Positions 27,399 to 37,219 of a stretch of DNA of 42,938 nt are shown one piece after another; positions within the stretch are counted from its first letter, which is position 1, and each line of letters starts with the position of its first letter. The DNA lies in IMG/VR virus record IMGVR_UViG_2541047938_000003, positions 1-42,938 of that record. The stretch is one strand, 5' to 3'. Source of the stretch: a virus. Lineage: Duplodnaviria; Heunggongvirae; Uroviricota; Caudoviricetes. The notes beneath the pieces are model-generated. The model was not told the DNA's origin and searched no databases. It saw only the letters and a program-made list of their open reading frames with translations. The position numbers were made by a program, and so were the translations under genes.

Positions 27399-28367
27399 AT
27401 GCCAATGGAAGCCGCAGATTTTGAAAACGTACTGCAAGAGGTGCTAACTGAGCGCGATATGCAGTTGCAGGAAAAAGAGTTGCCGGAAATTAACATCGGT
27501 GAAGCATTGCCGGTTAAAGAAGGGTTGGACTTCGCTCTGGAGTACGTTGATTTCGGCGTATCTAAAGTTGTCGGCTCTGTAAAAGACGGCATTATCGGTA
27601 ATAAAACCAACAGCCTGAAAACTATCGATAGCGATATCGAATGGATGAAAGCGCCTGTTGGACAGTGGGCAAAGGCCGCCACCTGGACGCAGCAGGAACT
27701 GGAGAAGATCGCCCGCCTGAACATCAACCTGCAATCCAAAAAGCAGGATGACCTGTACGCAAACGCCCTGGCAACGATTCAGTATGCTGGATACGTGGGG
27801 CATGGCGGAGTGAAGGGGCAAGAAGGGTTATTGACTGGCTCTGCTGTTCAGTTGATTACCGATCCAGCCAACAAGACCATTACTGATATGACGTCAGATG
27901 AATTCGTTAAGCTGGTGCTGGATGCTTACAACGTGGCGTGGCGCAAGTCCAGCTACCGCATTCAGCCTACGCATATTGCAATGGATGCCAGCGACTTTAT
28001 GCTCGCCATGCAGAAGTTCGACCCAACGCCAGTAATCGTAGGAACTGACCTGCTTCCTATTGCTGCGATGGATCGGATTATGGCTGCACTGCGTAAAGCG
28101 TCAGGTAACGAATCGTTCAGCATCACGTTTGTTAAGGTGCCAAGTAATTATGCGGTCGGCATCAAGGCGGGAAAAACGCGTCTGGCGGTTTACACCTACG
28201 AGGCTGATTACCTTGAAATGGAAGTTCATATGCCAGAGCTTCTGGCTGTGCGCTCCCGCGACCTGTTGACCTATGAGTGTGGCTATCGTTCTGCCTTCGG
28301 TGGTGCGATGTGGAAACAGCCGCAGTCCGCGGTGTATGTGGATTACAAATCCTCTCCGGCAGAGTAA
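27399..28367 (+). CDS. Major capsid protein (by size and position)
   Basis: 322 aa, follows scaffold and decoration candidates. Confidence 0.6.
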   Translation: MPMEAADFENVLQEVLTERDMQLQEKELPEINIGEALPVKEGLDFALEYVDFGVSKVVGSVKDGIIGNKTNSLKTIDSDIEWMKAPVGQWAKAATWTQQELEKIARLNINLQSKKQDDLYANALATIQYAGYVGHGGVKGQEGLLTGSAVQLITDPANKTITDMTSDEFVKLVLDAYNVAWRKSSYRIQPTHIAMDASDFMLAMQKFDPTPVIVGTDLLPIAAMDRIMAALRKASGNESFSITFVKVPSNYAVGIKAGKTRLAVYTYEADYLEMEVHMPELLAVRSRDLLTYECGYRSAFGGAMWKQPQSAVYVDYKSSPAE

Positions 28368-28381
28368 TCACAGGGGGTAGC

Positions 28382-28744
28382 ATGGATTTCACCGTTCGTT
28401 ACCCCGAGTTCGCCAGTGTTGCCCCTGCTCGAATAGAAGGGGCGCTACAGGATGCAGCAAACCAGATGAGCCGCAAAGTATGGAACAAGCTCTATGAGCA
28501 AGGGCTTCATGCTTTAGCGGCACATCTTCTTTATGCCTCAGGTGCGTTAACCCCTTCCGGAAATTCCAGCGGCAAAACTGCCCAGTCAATAACCAGTCGT
28601 TCAGTGGCTGGATTGTCTTTAGGGTATTCCGCCCCGGATGCCGGGTTTGGTGCAAATCACGATGGTTATGCCTCCAGTTCTTACGGCCAGGAATACATCA
28701 GGTTACGTAAGCTGGTGGGCGTCCACGTGCTGGCGATTCGTTAG
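28382..28744 (+). CDS. Head-tail connector/completion protein (putative)
   Basis: ATG 28382 (MDFTVRYPEF...), ~120 aa after capsid gene. Confidence 0.4.
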   Translation: MDFTVRYPEFASVAPARIEGALQDAANQMSRKVWNKLYEQGLHALAAHLLYASGALTPSGNSSGKTAQSITSRSVAGLSLGYSAPDAGFGANHDGYASSSYGQEYIRLRKLVGVHVLAIR

Positions 28745-28759
28745 GGCGGAGTGTTTCTC

Positions 28760-29332
28760 ATGACGCCAGAAGAAACCTTAAGACTAACCACGGAATATCT
28801 GAAGAACCTTCAGGCGATGAAAACCCATTACGTCGCCGTAGGTTTGCCAGCGGGCAAGGTGGGAAATAAAACCCACGATGACGGAACATCGATAATTGAG
28901 ATCGGGGCGGTTCACGAGTTCGGTGCTGAAATCGATCACCCTGGCGGGACGGGGTATATGGCAACCGGTGGAAAAGCTACGTTTACCCGCAAGACCTTCA
29001 TGGGTCCGGTTAGCGGATTTACAGCGGCTCACAAGATAACGATTCCTGAACGATCCTTTCTTCGCGCTCCTTTCACCCTCAAAAAGTCGGAAATTAACCG
29101 GGCAATCGAAAAGGCCTGTGAAGCCGTAGGCTCCGGGCGTATGGATGCTGACACCGCATTAAATTTGATAGGCGCGACGGCGCGAAATATCAGCGTGAAG
29201 GCCTTTGAGACTGCCGGGTATGGCACGTGGTCAGATATCACTGCTGCAACTAAAAAGGCTAAAGGATCGTCTGCGCCGTTAATTGATACAGGCGCCCTGC
29301 GTGGTGCCATAACGTGGGAGGTTCGTAAGTGA
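28760..29332 (+). CDS. Structural protein (putative head-tail joining)
   Basis: ORF in structural operon; start at MTPEETL. Confidence 0.4.
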   Translation: MTPEETLRLTTEYLKNLQAMKTHYVAVGLPAGKVGNKTHDDGTSIIEIGAVHEFGAEIDHPGGTGYMATGGKATFTRKTFMGPVSGFTAAHKITIPERSFLRAPFTLKKSEINRAIEKACEAVGSGRMDADTALNLIGATARNISVKAFETAGYGTWSDITAATKKAKGSSAPLIDTGALRGAITWEVRK

Positions 29333-29685
29333 GCGACTTATCAGACCTTGATATGAGCGACGCATTAATCGGCTGGGAACAGCCTGTAAAACTCAAAACC
29401 CGTACTGAAACCACCATCGATTTTGAACCGTCCGTGACTGTTAGCAGCCAGGACATTCTGGCGGTGGTGCAAAGTGCGAACAAAGAGAATCTGACGCTGG
29501 ATAGCCTGGACTGGTCGAAAGAATATCTGCTGATTCATGCACGGCTGAAAATTGAAACCGGTCAGTTTATTGAGAAGGGAGGCAAGGATTACAAAGTCGT
29601 GTCCCCGGCTGATTACATGGATTATGGATTCTGCGCCGTCATAGCTGAGGAAACCCGGCTCCCGCTACTGGTGCCAACGCCATGA
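29329..29685 (+). CDS. Structural protein, unknown
   Basis: 118-aa ORF with overlapping stop/start in structural operon. Confidence 0.4.
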   Translation: MSDLSDLDMSDALIGWEQPVKLKTRTETTIDFEPSVTVSSQDILAVVQSANKENLTLDSLDWSKEYLLIHARLKIETGQFIEKGGKDYKVVSPADYMDYGFCAVIAEETRLPLLVPTP

Positions 29686-30170
29686 CACAACCCCATCTGA
29701 AAGCGGTCGCGCGTTTCGTGCGTGACCTTCTGGACTACGACGAGCAACTGATCAAGTTCGACCGCCGGAACGTGCAGGCGTCCGACTTTTCCACCAGTTA
29801 TATCGTGGTAAACGGCTCACTACCGCAATCAGTGCTGGCCCGGGGCCAGCGCTTTAATGGTGACGCTGAAGTGATGACTTATAGCGCCTCAGTGAGTCAC
29901 GCGATTGCCCTGGAGTTTTACGGGGATAAGGCTTACGTCAATGCTGAAAGCTTCCTGATGCTGAGTGAAAGCCAGCACGCCAACGAACTGCGCCGCACGC
30001 ATTCACTCACCATCATGGCCGTCTCAAACATCATCGATGTGGGGCAACTCCTGGGGCAGTCCCACGGCAACCGTGTTCACCTGAGTTTCAATGTTCAGTA
30101 TGCCCCTGCGCGGGACGTGCAGACACTGCGCATCGATACGCCGCAGTTTCAATTTTTAGAGGATAAGTAA
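29682..30170 (+). CDS. Structural protein (putative tail completion/terminator)
   Basis: 162 aa immediately upstream of the sheath-like gene. Confidence 0.4.
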   Translation: MTQPHLKAVARFVRDLLDYDEQLIKFDRRNVQASDFSTSYIVVNGSLPQSVLARGQRFNGDAEVMTYSASVSHAIALEFYGDKAYVNAESFLMLSESQHANELRRTHSLTIMAVSNIIDVGQLLGQSHGNRVHLSFNVQYAPARDVQTLRIDTPQFQFLEDK

Positions 30171-31673
30171 ATGTCGGCATCAATTAATAACGTCATTAAT
30201 GTGACGCTTCTCGAAGAGGGACGGGCGGCGGCGCGAGATAACATCAACGTTTGCGCAATGCTTACCAGCCAGACGGGGGTATTGAGCACCGCTGAACGCT
30301 GGCGTTCATACAAAAGCGCATCTGCTGTCGAACAGGACTGGGGGGCTTCTTCGGTCACCGCAGCATTTGCGAATGTGTTTTTCGGGACCAGCCCTAACCC
30401 GGTATCCGCGGGCGGCACGCTGATCGTCGGTTACTGGAACGCTGCCGGGGAAACGCTGCCTGCGACCAGCGGTGTACTGCGTGGCGGTGAGATTTCTCAG
30501 GCAGTCGTACTGCCAGCGTTACGCGAGAAGTCTGACTGGTCATTCAGTATTGAGATTGACGGTACGAAGCACGATGTGACCGAAATTAATGGCATGACGG
30601 CGACGACACTGGCAGATGTAATCGCCCAAATCCAGGCGAAAATTACGCCAGATGTTGCATCGGTTGTTTTTGATGGCAGCCGTATAGCGATTACCAGCAA
30701 ATCGACAGGGACTAACTCTGTTGTTGGTTATCCGACAGTGCTGGATGGTGGCTCTTTTATTGGCGATCTGCTGGCGGTTGCGGAGGGTTCCGGCGCTTCG
30801 CTGGTAAACGGTAGCGCATCAACTGAGATTTCACCGGAAACACAACTGGAATCTCTCAGCAAACTCAAAGCGCAGGTCAACGTAAAAGGCGCGGCCTTCA
30901 TCGACAAAATTCTCGATGCGCAGGTGCCGTTGATCGCTTCATGGGCTAAAGCGAACGCGGTAATCGTGTATGAGACATTTACCGGTTCGGCAGCTCTGGA
31001 AGTTGATCCGACTAACCCGGCATGGGCGGTAACACTCGCCAGCCAGAGTAATTTCCGCATGCTCTACAGCAAATCAGGCAACCGGAAATTTAGTGTTAGC
31101 TATATGGCGCGCACGCATACCGTTAATTTCAACGGAGAACGCACTGCAATCACTTTGCACCTCAAAACGATGAACGTGCCGGCCGAAAGTTATGAGCAGA
31201 CGGAGATCGACAAAGCGAAGCGCGTAGGTCTCGACATCTACACCACGATTAAAGACGTTCCCTGCGTGCTGTCAAGCGGTGCTAATGATTTTGTCGACAA
31301 CGTCTATAACCTGATGGCCTACGTTGACGCAGTGCAGACGGATTCCTTCAACCTCCTTAAAACCACGCCGACTAAAGTCCCACAAACCTATTATGGCGTT
31401 GATCAGTTAGAGGACTGTGTAGAGAAAACCACGCATGGGTTTGTGAAGGCTGGGGTGTTCAATCCGGGTACCTGGACGCTGCCTGACTTCTTCGGGGATC
31501 GGGATATGTTTCTGCGAAATATCGAGCAAAACGGGTATTACGTGCTGGCCGGTGACCTGAAAGACCAGTCAACCGCAGACAGGCAGGAACGCAAATCCCC
31601 GGTTGTTCAGGTAGCAGTGAAGAATGCTGGTGCTGTTCACAGTGCCGATATCATCATCAATTTCAATAAATAA
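30171..31673 (+). CDS. Tail sheath protein (putative)
   Basis: 500 aa followed by a ~140-aa tube-sized protein, chaperone and tape measure; consistent with a contractile tail. Confidence 0.55.
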   Translation: MSASINNVINVTLLEEGRAAARDNINVCAMLTSQTGVLSTAERWRSYKSASAVEQDWGASSVTAAFANVFFGTSPNPVSAGGTLIVGYWNAAGETLPATSGVLRGGEISQAVVLPALREKSDWSFSIEIDGTKHDVTEINGMTATTLADVIAQIQAKITPDVASVVFDGSRIAITSKSTGTNSVVGYPTVLDGGSFIGDLLAVAEGSGASLVNGSASTEISPETQLESLSKLKAQVNVKGAAFIDKILDAQVPLIASWAKANAVIVYETFTGSAALEVDPTNPAWAVTLASQSNFRMLYSKSGNRKFSVSYMARTHTVNFNGERTAITLHLKTMNVPAESYEQTEIDKAKRVGLDIYTTIKDVPCVLSSGANDFVDNVYNLMAYVDAVQTDSFNLLKTTPTKVPQTYYGVDQLEDCVEKTTHGFVKAGVFNPGTWTLPDFFGDRDMFLRNIEQNGYYVLAGDLKDQSTADRQERKSPVVQVAVKNAGAVHSADIIINFNK

Positions 31674-31683
31674 GGAGCGGTAA

Positions 31684-32115
31684 ATGTCTAAGATTGTTAT
31701 CAGTGCAGATACCGCGACCATCGTTCTGAATGGGCGAATCATCACGGATATCGCTGCGGGGGACTACGTCACGCTGACGCCATCCAATCCTCTTACAAGC
31801 CGCGCCAATAGTGCGAATAACGGCGTCACAATCTCCGGGCGTGTTGATGCCGGGGTGCATGTGATGGTGATACGTGTCCAGAAATTTTCTAACGATGATA
31901 TCTGGCTTAACCAGCAGCGCAACGCCGCGATCCCCGTTGTCCTTAACGGCTCAGTTAAAGAGTCGTTCGTGCGCGACGGCGCGGCACTGAAGGAAACCTA
32001 CGATCTACAGGCCGGTTCTATCACTACACAACCGACGCAAACCAAAAACAACCAGGACGTTAACGCACTAATGGAATACACCATTGAGTACCGCAATGTC
32101 GTGCGTAACGTATAA
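31684..32115 (+). CDS. Tail tube protein (putative)
   Basis: 143 aa between sheath and chaperone. Confidence 0.5.
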   Translation: MSKIVISADTATIVLNGRIITDIAAGDYVTLTPSNPLTSRANSANNGVTISGRVDAGVHVMVIRVQKFSNDDIWLNQQRNAAIPVVLNGSVKESFVRDGAALKETYDLQAGSITTQPTQTKNNQDVNALMEYTIEYRNVVRNV

Positions 32116-32123
32116 GGCCAGAT

Positions 32124-32537
32124 ATGTCTAAAGAACAGCAGAAAAAAGCACTCGAGATGATCAAGGCGGTCTACGATGACGGTTTTGCTGAGATTAACGG
32201 CAACCGCTACGACTTTGCAGCGATGACGCACAAAAAACGCCGCAAGGTTTTTGCCTTCTTCACAGGCATTGCCTCTGAGTTATCGCGGCAGTCTCTTGAG
32301 TTTCTGGACTCAGAGCGATTCGAGGAAATTGAACGCCTGATGTTCGATTACGTTCTGTTTGACGGTGTGCAACTGTCCAAGCAGCCGGAACACTTCGAAT
32401 CCTACCCTGGTGATTACGTCATGCTAATCACAACAGCGCTTCAGGTTATCAGCCTGCCTTTTATGGGCGGGAGCAATATGAACTCACGTTCAGAAGCTCC
32501 AGACGTTCAGAAATTTACGTTAAAGCCTCGAACATAA
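32124..32537 (+). CDS. Tail assembly chaperone (putative)
   Basis: 137 aa immediately upstream of tape measure; a -1 frame stays open from 32414 to 32704. Confidence 0.5.
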   Translation: MSKEQQKKALEMIKAVYDDGFAEINGNRYDFAAMTHKKRRKVFAFFTGIASELSRQSLEFLDSERFEEIERLMFDYVLFDGVQLSKQPEHFESYPGDYVMLITTALQVISLPFMGGSNMNSRSEAPDVQKFTLKPRT

Positions 32538-32690
32538 GCGACGACATGAGCATGTATCTGGCGCTGTCAAAGGCCGGATACGGCCCCTATCACGAACTAG
32601 TTAAATTAGACACACCAGATCTGTTTGACATGCTTGAGTTCGAGAATATCAGCGCAGACATTCAACACTACGAGATGGAGAAGGCGCGGA

Positions 32691-34487
32691 ATGGCGATAG
32701 TTAACGAGCTTATTACCAAATTCGGTTTTATCGGTAATCTGGCGCCGCAGGAAACCTTCAATGCAAATCTGAAAGCGTCTATTGGTTTGCTTGCCGGGCT
32801 TGGAGCCGCTATCGCCGGTTCGGCTGCGGGGGTTGCTGGCTGGGTGACGTCTGTCAGTCAGTCTATTGATCCGCTGGTCCAGTTCTCCCGGGAAACGGGG
32901 GTGGCGATCGAGACCGTTCAGTCACTGGGTTACGCGGCGTCTGTAAATGGCTCAAGTGTTGATGCGTTGCAGGCTTCGCTAGGTGAGATGACAAAAAGAG
33001 TGGGGGAGTTCGTTTCCACCGGCGAGGGGGAGGCGAAAGACGTTGCGGAAAGGCTGGGCCTTCAGTTCAAGGATATGAACGGGCAGGTAAAAAACTCCGA
33101 TGTGATATTTCGTGAACTGGCCGACAAACTGCACGGCATGAGCCAGGCAGAGAAGTTTTCTGTTCTGGATAAGATGGGTATCGACCGTTCCATGGTGCAG
33201 TTGCTATCCATGACGGGCGAAGAAATATCTTCGTTGCAGAACAAGGCCGAAGCGCTTGGTGTTGTCACGCAAGACCAGGCCGATCAGTTTGCAGCCTACA
33301 ACGATTCTCTGACAACGCTGGGGAAAGGCTTTGATGGTATCAAATTTCAGGTTGCCGTCGGATTTGTGCCGGTACTGAAAGACCTGGTGGATGGGTTTAC
33401 GGACTTTCTCATTGCTAATAAGGATCTCATCAAAAACGGGCTGGCCCATCTTGGGGAAATTATCTTCTCCGTTATGGGTATGATCCGTCGCTTCCTGCCG
33501 ATTATTGGTCTTATTACCACCGGATTTGTAGCCTGGAAAATTGCTGCTATAGGACTTAGAACGGTGCTGGCAACCATATTCTCTCCTGTCGTACTGATCA
33601 CTGCCGCCATTATCGCTCTCGTTCTTGTTATCGATGATTTGCTGACGGCTATGGAAGGTGGCCAAAGCGTTATTGCTGATTTCTTCAAAGATAACTGGGG
33701 AATAGATATTGTTCCCGCACTGAAAGAGGCGAAAGCGTCGCTCATGGCTTTCATAAACTACGCCATTGGCGTGTTTAAACCGCTTGCTGATGCGATTGCC
33801 TCCATGTTCAGGATGGTGTGGCATCTCATCACAGGTGCGTTTACGGGTGATTTTCAGGATGCGATGAAGGATGCGCAGAATATCTTTGATTCTCTTATAG
33901 CGTTTATCACTGGTGCATTTGGTGTCGTTGGTGATGCGATTAAATACGTGTTTGGCGATGCCGGCTCGTTTGTCGTTGATGTATTCACTACTGCCATCGA
34001 AAACACGAAGCTGATGTTCTCAGCACTATGGAAGTTAGTCACTGGCGATTTTGAAGGTGCATGGGGGGATGTGGTAAAAATCTTCGATAACGGCGTCGAA
34101 CTGATGAAAAAACCATTCACGGCTTTTATTGACTGGGCGAAAAACATCTTTGCTGGGCTGGGGGAATACATCAGCAATATTATCAGCAACGCTGCTTCAA
34201 ATGCCTGGAATGCGACAAAGTCATTCTTCGGGGTCGGTGAGGATGAACAGCAGCAGGGAGTAACCGGCGGCGGTAACGGCGGCATGAGTCCTGGTGGTAT
34301 TCCTTACGGCATGAATGCTGCGGTGGGACTCGGTGGTGGTGGCGTGACAAGCAATTCAAGCGTCAGCCAGCAGAACACGATTCACATCAACACATCCGAT
34401 CCGGTTGTCGCCGGGAATACTGCGGCAGATAGCCTGCAACAAAACATGAAGGATGCCAACCGGTTGAGTGGCAGAGGAGGTCGGTAA
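32691..34487 (+). CDS. Tail tape measure protein
   Basis: ~600 aa; N-terminal TMP-like region, central hydrophobic segments, Gly-rich C-terminus. Confidence 0.8.
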   Translation: MAIVNELITKFGFIGNLAPQETFNANLKASIGLLAGLGAAIAGSAAGVAGWVTSVSQSIDPLVQFSRETGVAIETVQSLGYAASVNGSSVDALQASLGEMTKRVGEFVSTGEGEAKDVAERLGLQFKDMNGQVKNSDVIFRELADKLHGMSQAEKFSVLDKMGIDRSMVQLLSMTGEEISSLQNKAEALGVVTQDQADQFAAYNDSLTTLGKGFDGIKFQVAVGFVPVLKDLVDGFTDFLIANKDLIKNGLAHLGEIIFSVMGMIRRFLPIIGLITTGFVAWKIAAIGLRTVLATIFSPVVLITAAIIALVLVIDDLLTAMEGGQSVIADFFKDNWGIDIVPALKEAKASLMAFINYAIGVFKPLADAIASMFRMVWHLITGAFTGDFQDAMKDAQNIFDSLIAFITGAFGVVGDAIKYVFGDAGSFVVDVFTTAIENTKLMFSALWKLVTGDFEGAWGDVVKIFDNGVELMKKPFTAFIDWAKNIFAGLGEYISNIISNAASNAWNATKSFFGVGEDEQQQGVTGGGNGGMSPGGIPYGMNAAVGLGGGGVTSNSSVSQQNTIHINTSDPVVAGNTAADSLQQNMKDANRLSGRGGR

Positions 34488-35293
34488 TGGGGATTCTAGA
34501 CGGCCTCATGCAGGCGCAATCCTCGGGCAAAGATACTGTTAAAAAGGTAGGGATCGGCGGGTTCTCAATGTTTGCGCGAGTTAGCGACGCTACTGAATAC
34601 CCATCTCAAGTTCCGGTAGACGTGCTGGAGGACGGTAGTAACGCGTCTGACGATATTATCAATGGCCCGCTGACGATAAAAATCAGCGGTGTTGTTGCCG
34701 ATATTTTTGTCGATGCGAAACCAAACTCTTCTTTTAGCCTGATGCCAGATTATTCGAAGTATGGTGAGGTGCTGGAGTACATCCCCGCAAAGACGCAGCA
34801 GCAGTTGCAAAAAATGAATGAGATTGCCGACCGCGCAGAGCAGGCCATCTTAAAGGCAAAACGCCTGGCTGATAAAGGAGCCGACCTGTTTGGGCTGGTG
34901 GGCAACCCGTCTACTGGTGGCGCTAAAGGTATACGCGAGCAATTTCTCGACTTCATTGAGGGGGTGTACTACGGCAAGCAGCTTATTTCCGTGGAGGTGG
35001 ATTATCGCACCCATGAAAATATGGCGTTAAGCGGCCTGACCATCAGTACCGACAATCAAACGATGGAAACTAAGTTTGAAGCCAGTTTTACAAAAATCAC
35101 CTTCACGCAACTGACTACCGCACCGATTGAGCAGCACTTCAAATCCCCCTCGGCAGCTGCTAAATCAAAAACGGCGGGCGTTGCTAATAAGGGGGCGCAG
35201 ACACCCGCTGATAATTCTAAAAAAAGTAACGGGACCAGCCAGTCAAAATCAGTCATGACCTCGTTAAAAGGGGCGGCGAAATCTTTATTCTAA
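34487..35293 (+). CDS. Tail/baseplate assembly protein, unknown
   Basis: 268 aa after tape measure. Confidence 0.4.
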   Translation: MGILDGLMQAQSSGKDTVKKVGIGGFSMFARVSDATEYPSQVPVDVLEDGSNASDDIINGPLTIKISGVVADIFVDAKPNSSFSLMPDYSKYGEVLEYIPAKTQQQLQKMNEIADRAEQAILKAKRLADKGADLFGLVGNPSTGGAKGIREQFLDFIEGVYYGKQLISVEVDYRTHENMALSGLTISTDNQTMETKFEASFTKITFTQLTTAPIEQHFKSPSAAAKSKTAGVANKGAQTPADNSKKSNGTSQSKSVMTSLKGAAKSLF

Positions 35294-35305
35294 TGAGAGC
35301 AACGT

Positions 35306-35641
35306 ATGGATCCGATAACCAACATCACTGACGAACCTATCCAGCGGCATGTTCTGATTTTTGACCGTGGTGAGGCTGTGGTCACTATTCGTTATCTGCC
35401 TACGGTTGAAATGTGGAAAATGCGCGTGGAGTACAACGGTGATTACATCGACGGCGTGAAGCTGTCCCTCGGGACGCTACATTTTCGGCACAAGAACTGG
35501 CCTTTCGACGTTGTGTTACTTTGCGCTGACAATTCCGGCATTGACCCATATCGGGCTGACGACTTCGCCAGTGGTCGCATCGAAATGTATCTGGTCACGC
35601 CGGAAGAGATGATTGATATTCGCGGGGGAGACGTGCCGTGA
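35306..35641 (+). CDS. Tail/baseplate protein, unknown
   Basis: 111-aa ORF in operon. Confidence 0.4.
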   Translation: MDPITNITDEPIQRHVLIFDRGEAVVTIRYLPTVEMWKMRVEYNGDYIDGVKLSLGTLHFRHKNWPFDVVLLCADNSGIDPYRADDFASGRIEMYLVTPEEMIDIRGGDVP

Positions 35642-36585
35642 TGGATACTTTTTACCGTGATTATCGGCTGACGGTGGGGATCGGCAATCAAGCAGTGATT
35701 ATCGAGCCACCGATCACCGTGTCATTCAAGGCGCTGGAAACTGTGGACAAGAAGTCACTCGGCAAGCTGAGTGTGTCCATCAACGGGCTAAAGCCTTCCA
35801 CGCGTCTGCAATTGCTCAAGTCCGAAGATGAAGAGAAGTATATCCCCGTTCGACTCGAGGTTGGTTACGACGGCAAGCTGCGCCAGGTATTTCAGGGTTC
35901 GGTTAAAAGCGGAGCAGTAAAGCGTGAGGGGGCGATCCACATCGTCAGCCTGGAATGTGAAGACGGTGGCCACGACTATATCAACGCCTTCACATCGCGC
36001 ACGGTACGCGGGAAAGATCAGGTCGTCGATTCTGTCTTGCAGGATATGCCAAACACGAAAAAAGGCTCTGTGACGAAGCAACAAGCACTCATCAGGCCGA
36101 AGGTTCTGGTAGGTAGCTCCAGTAAAATTCTTACCGATACCCTTGCGCCCGACGAGTCATTTTTCATCAAAGATGAGCGCGTCCACATCCTCAAGGCTAA
36201 TGAGGTTACATCGGGTAACATTCCAGTCGTGAATGCGCGTAGCGGCCTGCTAAATACGCCTCAGGCTACGAAGATTAGCGCGCAGGATGACGGCGGGAAA
36301 AAGGCCAAAAAGCCGACCAATGAGCCTGATACGGATCCGGCAGGCAAAAAAGATACTGACTCGAGTACCTTAGCCAAATCCTCGAAAGGGCAGATCGTAT
36401 TCGATACGAAACTGAATCCTATGCTGGTGATCGGTGGGCTTTGCGCTGTTGAAAGCGTGACGAACCCCGCGTTAAACGGGGTTTATAAGATATACCAGAT
36501 TGAAACCAGCGGGCAGAACAACGGGGCAGCCTGGTATCAGAAGGTGGTATGCCAGCCTGCCGGAAATTACTCAGTTGTTAACTGA
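35638..36585 (+). CDS. Baseplate hub-like protein (putative)
   Basis: 315 aa; position between tape measure and spike/baseplate genes. Confidence 0.45.
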   Translation: MMDTFYRDYRLTVGIGNQAVIIEPPITVSFKALETVDKKSLGKLSVSINGLKPSTRLQLLKSEDEEKYIPVRLEVGYDGKLRQVFQGSVKSGAVKREGAIHIVSLECEDGGHDYINAFTSRTVRGKDQVVDSVLQDMPNTKKGSVTKQQALIRPKVLVGSSSKILTDTLAPDESFFIKDERVHILKANEVTSGNIPVVNARSGLLNTPQATKISAQDDGGKKAKKPTNEPDTDPAGKKDTDSSTLAKSSKGQIVFDTKLNPMLVIGGLCAVESVTNPALNGVYKIYQIETSGQNNGAAWYQKVVCQPAGNYSVVN

Positions 36586-37104
36586 AGATTTTACTTCTTG
36601 CGTTACGCTGGAATTGGTTTTTTCTGGTGGGTGACGATCTGAAAGCCAGCCAAGAGCAAAAATAATGACTGTGAGAATAAAAATTTTCTCGCCTATTGAA
36701 AACTTCACCTTACCACCTGCATTTTTAAATGCCGTTTTCTCCTCGGTTGATAGTTTTCTAAATTGCTTATGGGTTAATACCATGACCAATGGGCGAGGTG
36801 GTTGAATATCTTCCTGACCATCCTCTAACAACGTTGAGTCCGAAAAGAAACCAAGCCGCTCAGGTGCTTGTTCCTCTACGTTCTCAGCGTGTTTACCGGT
36901 GGAGTTCTTTTGACCCGCGAGCAAGTTTCCACTCGTGTAAGACAAACCGGTACCGGGAATGCCTGCGGTTGCCTTTACCCCTTTTTTACCAACGTTCAGG
37001 GTAGCACCAGCCTTACCAATTGATGCGCTAGTAATGCCTGTTTTACCTATGTTTATATGAATGCCTGGTGCAATTTTGATGCGCTGTCTGAATTTGAATC
37101 CCAT
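36571..37104 (-). CDS. Reverse-strand accessory gene: DUF4236-like N-terminus with C-terminal TM helix
   Basis: MGFKFRQRIKIAPGIHINIGKTGITSASIGKAG...GIPGTGLSY matches the remembered DUF4236 pattern; hydrophobic IFILTVIIFALGWL; strong RBS AAGGAGAG; AT-rich; opposite strand to all flanking tail genes. Confidence 0.6.
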   Translation of the reverse strand: MGFKFRQRIKIAPGIHINIGKTGITSASIGKAGATLNVGKKGVKATAGIPGTGLSYTSGNLLAGQKNSTGKHAENVEEQAPERLGFFSDSTLLEDGQEDIQPPRPLVMVLTHKQFRKLSTEEKTAFKNAGGKVKFSIGEKIFILTVIIFALGWLSDRHPPEKTNSSVTQEVKSSVNN

Positions 37105-37219
37105 GAGTGACTCTCCTTAGTATTAAACGCTGGCGCAGGTTCGCTCTACGGCGATTAGTATGAGTATTTATCTAGCCATCCATTGAACCCACTCTGGCGG
37201 TTTTTTATGGGCTTAATTT

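Noticed and set aside
32505-32520. AAATTTA near the chaperone 3' end as a canonical -1 slippery site
   Set aside because: In the zero frame it is read as AAA TTT ACG, which does not fit the X XXY YYZ register, so I do not claim it as the shift site.
33062-34285. Minus-strand ORFs inside the tape measure gene (33204-33824 and others)
   Set aside because: Antisense to a long, well-supported tape measure ORF; no independent support.
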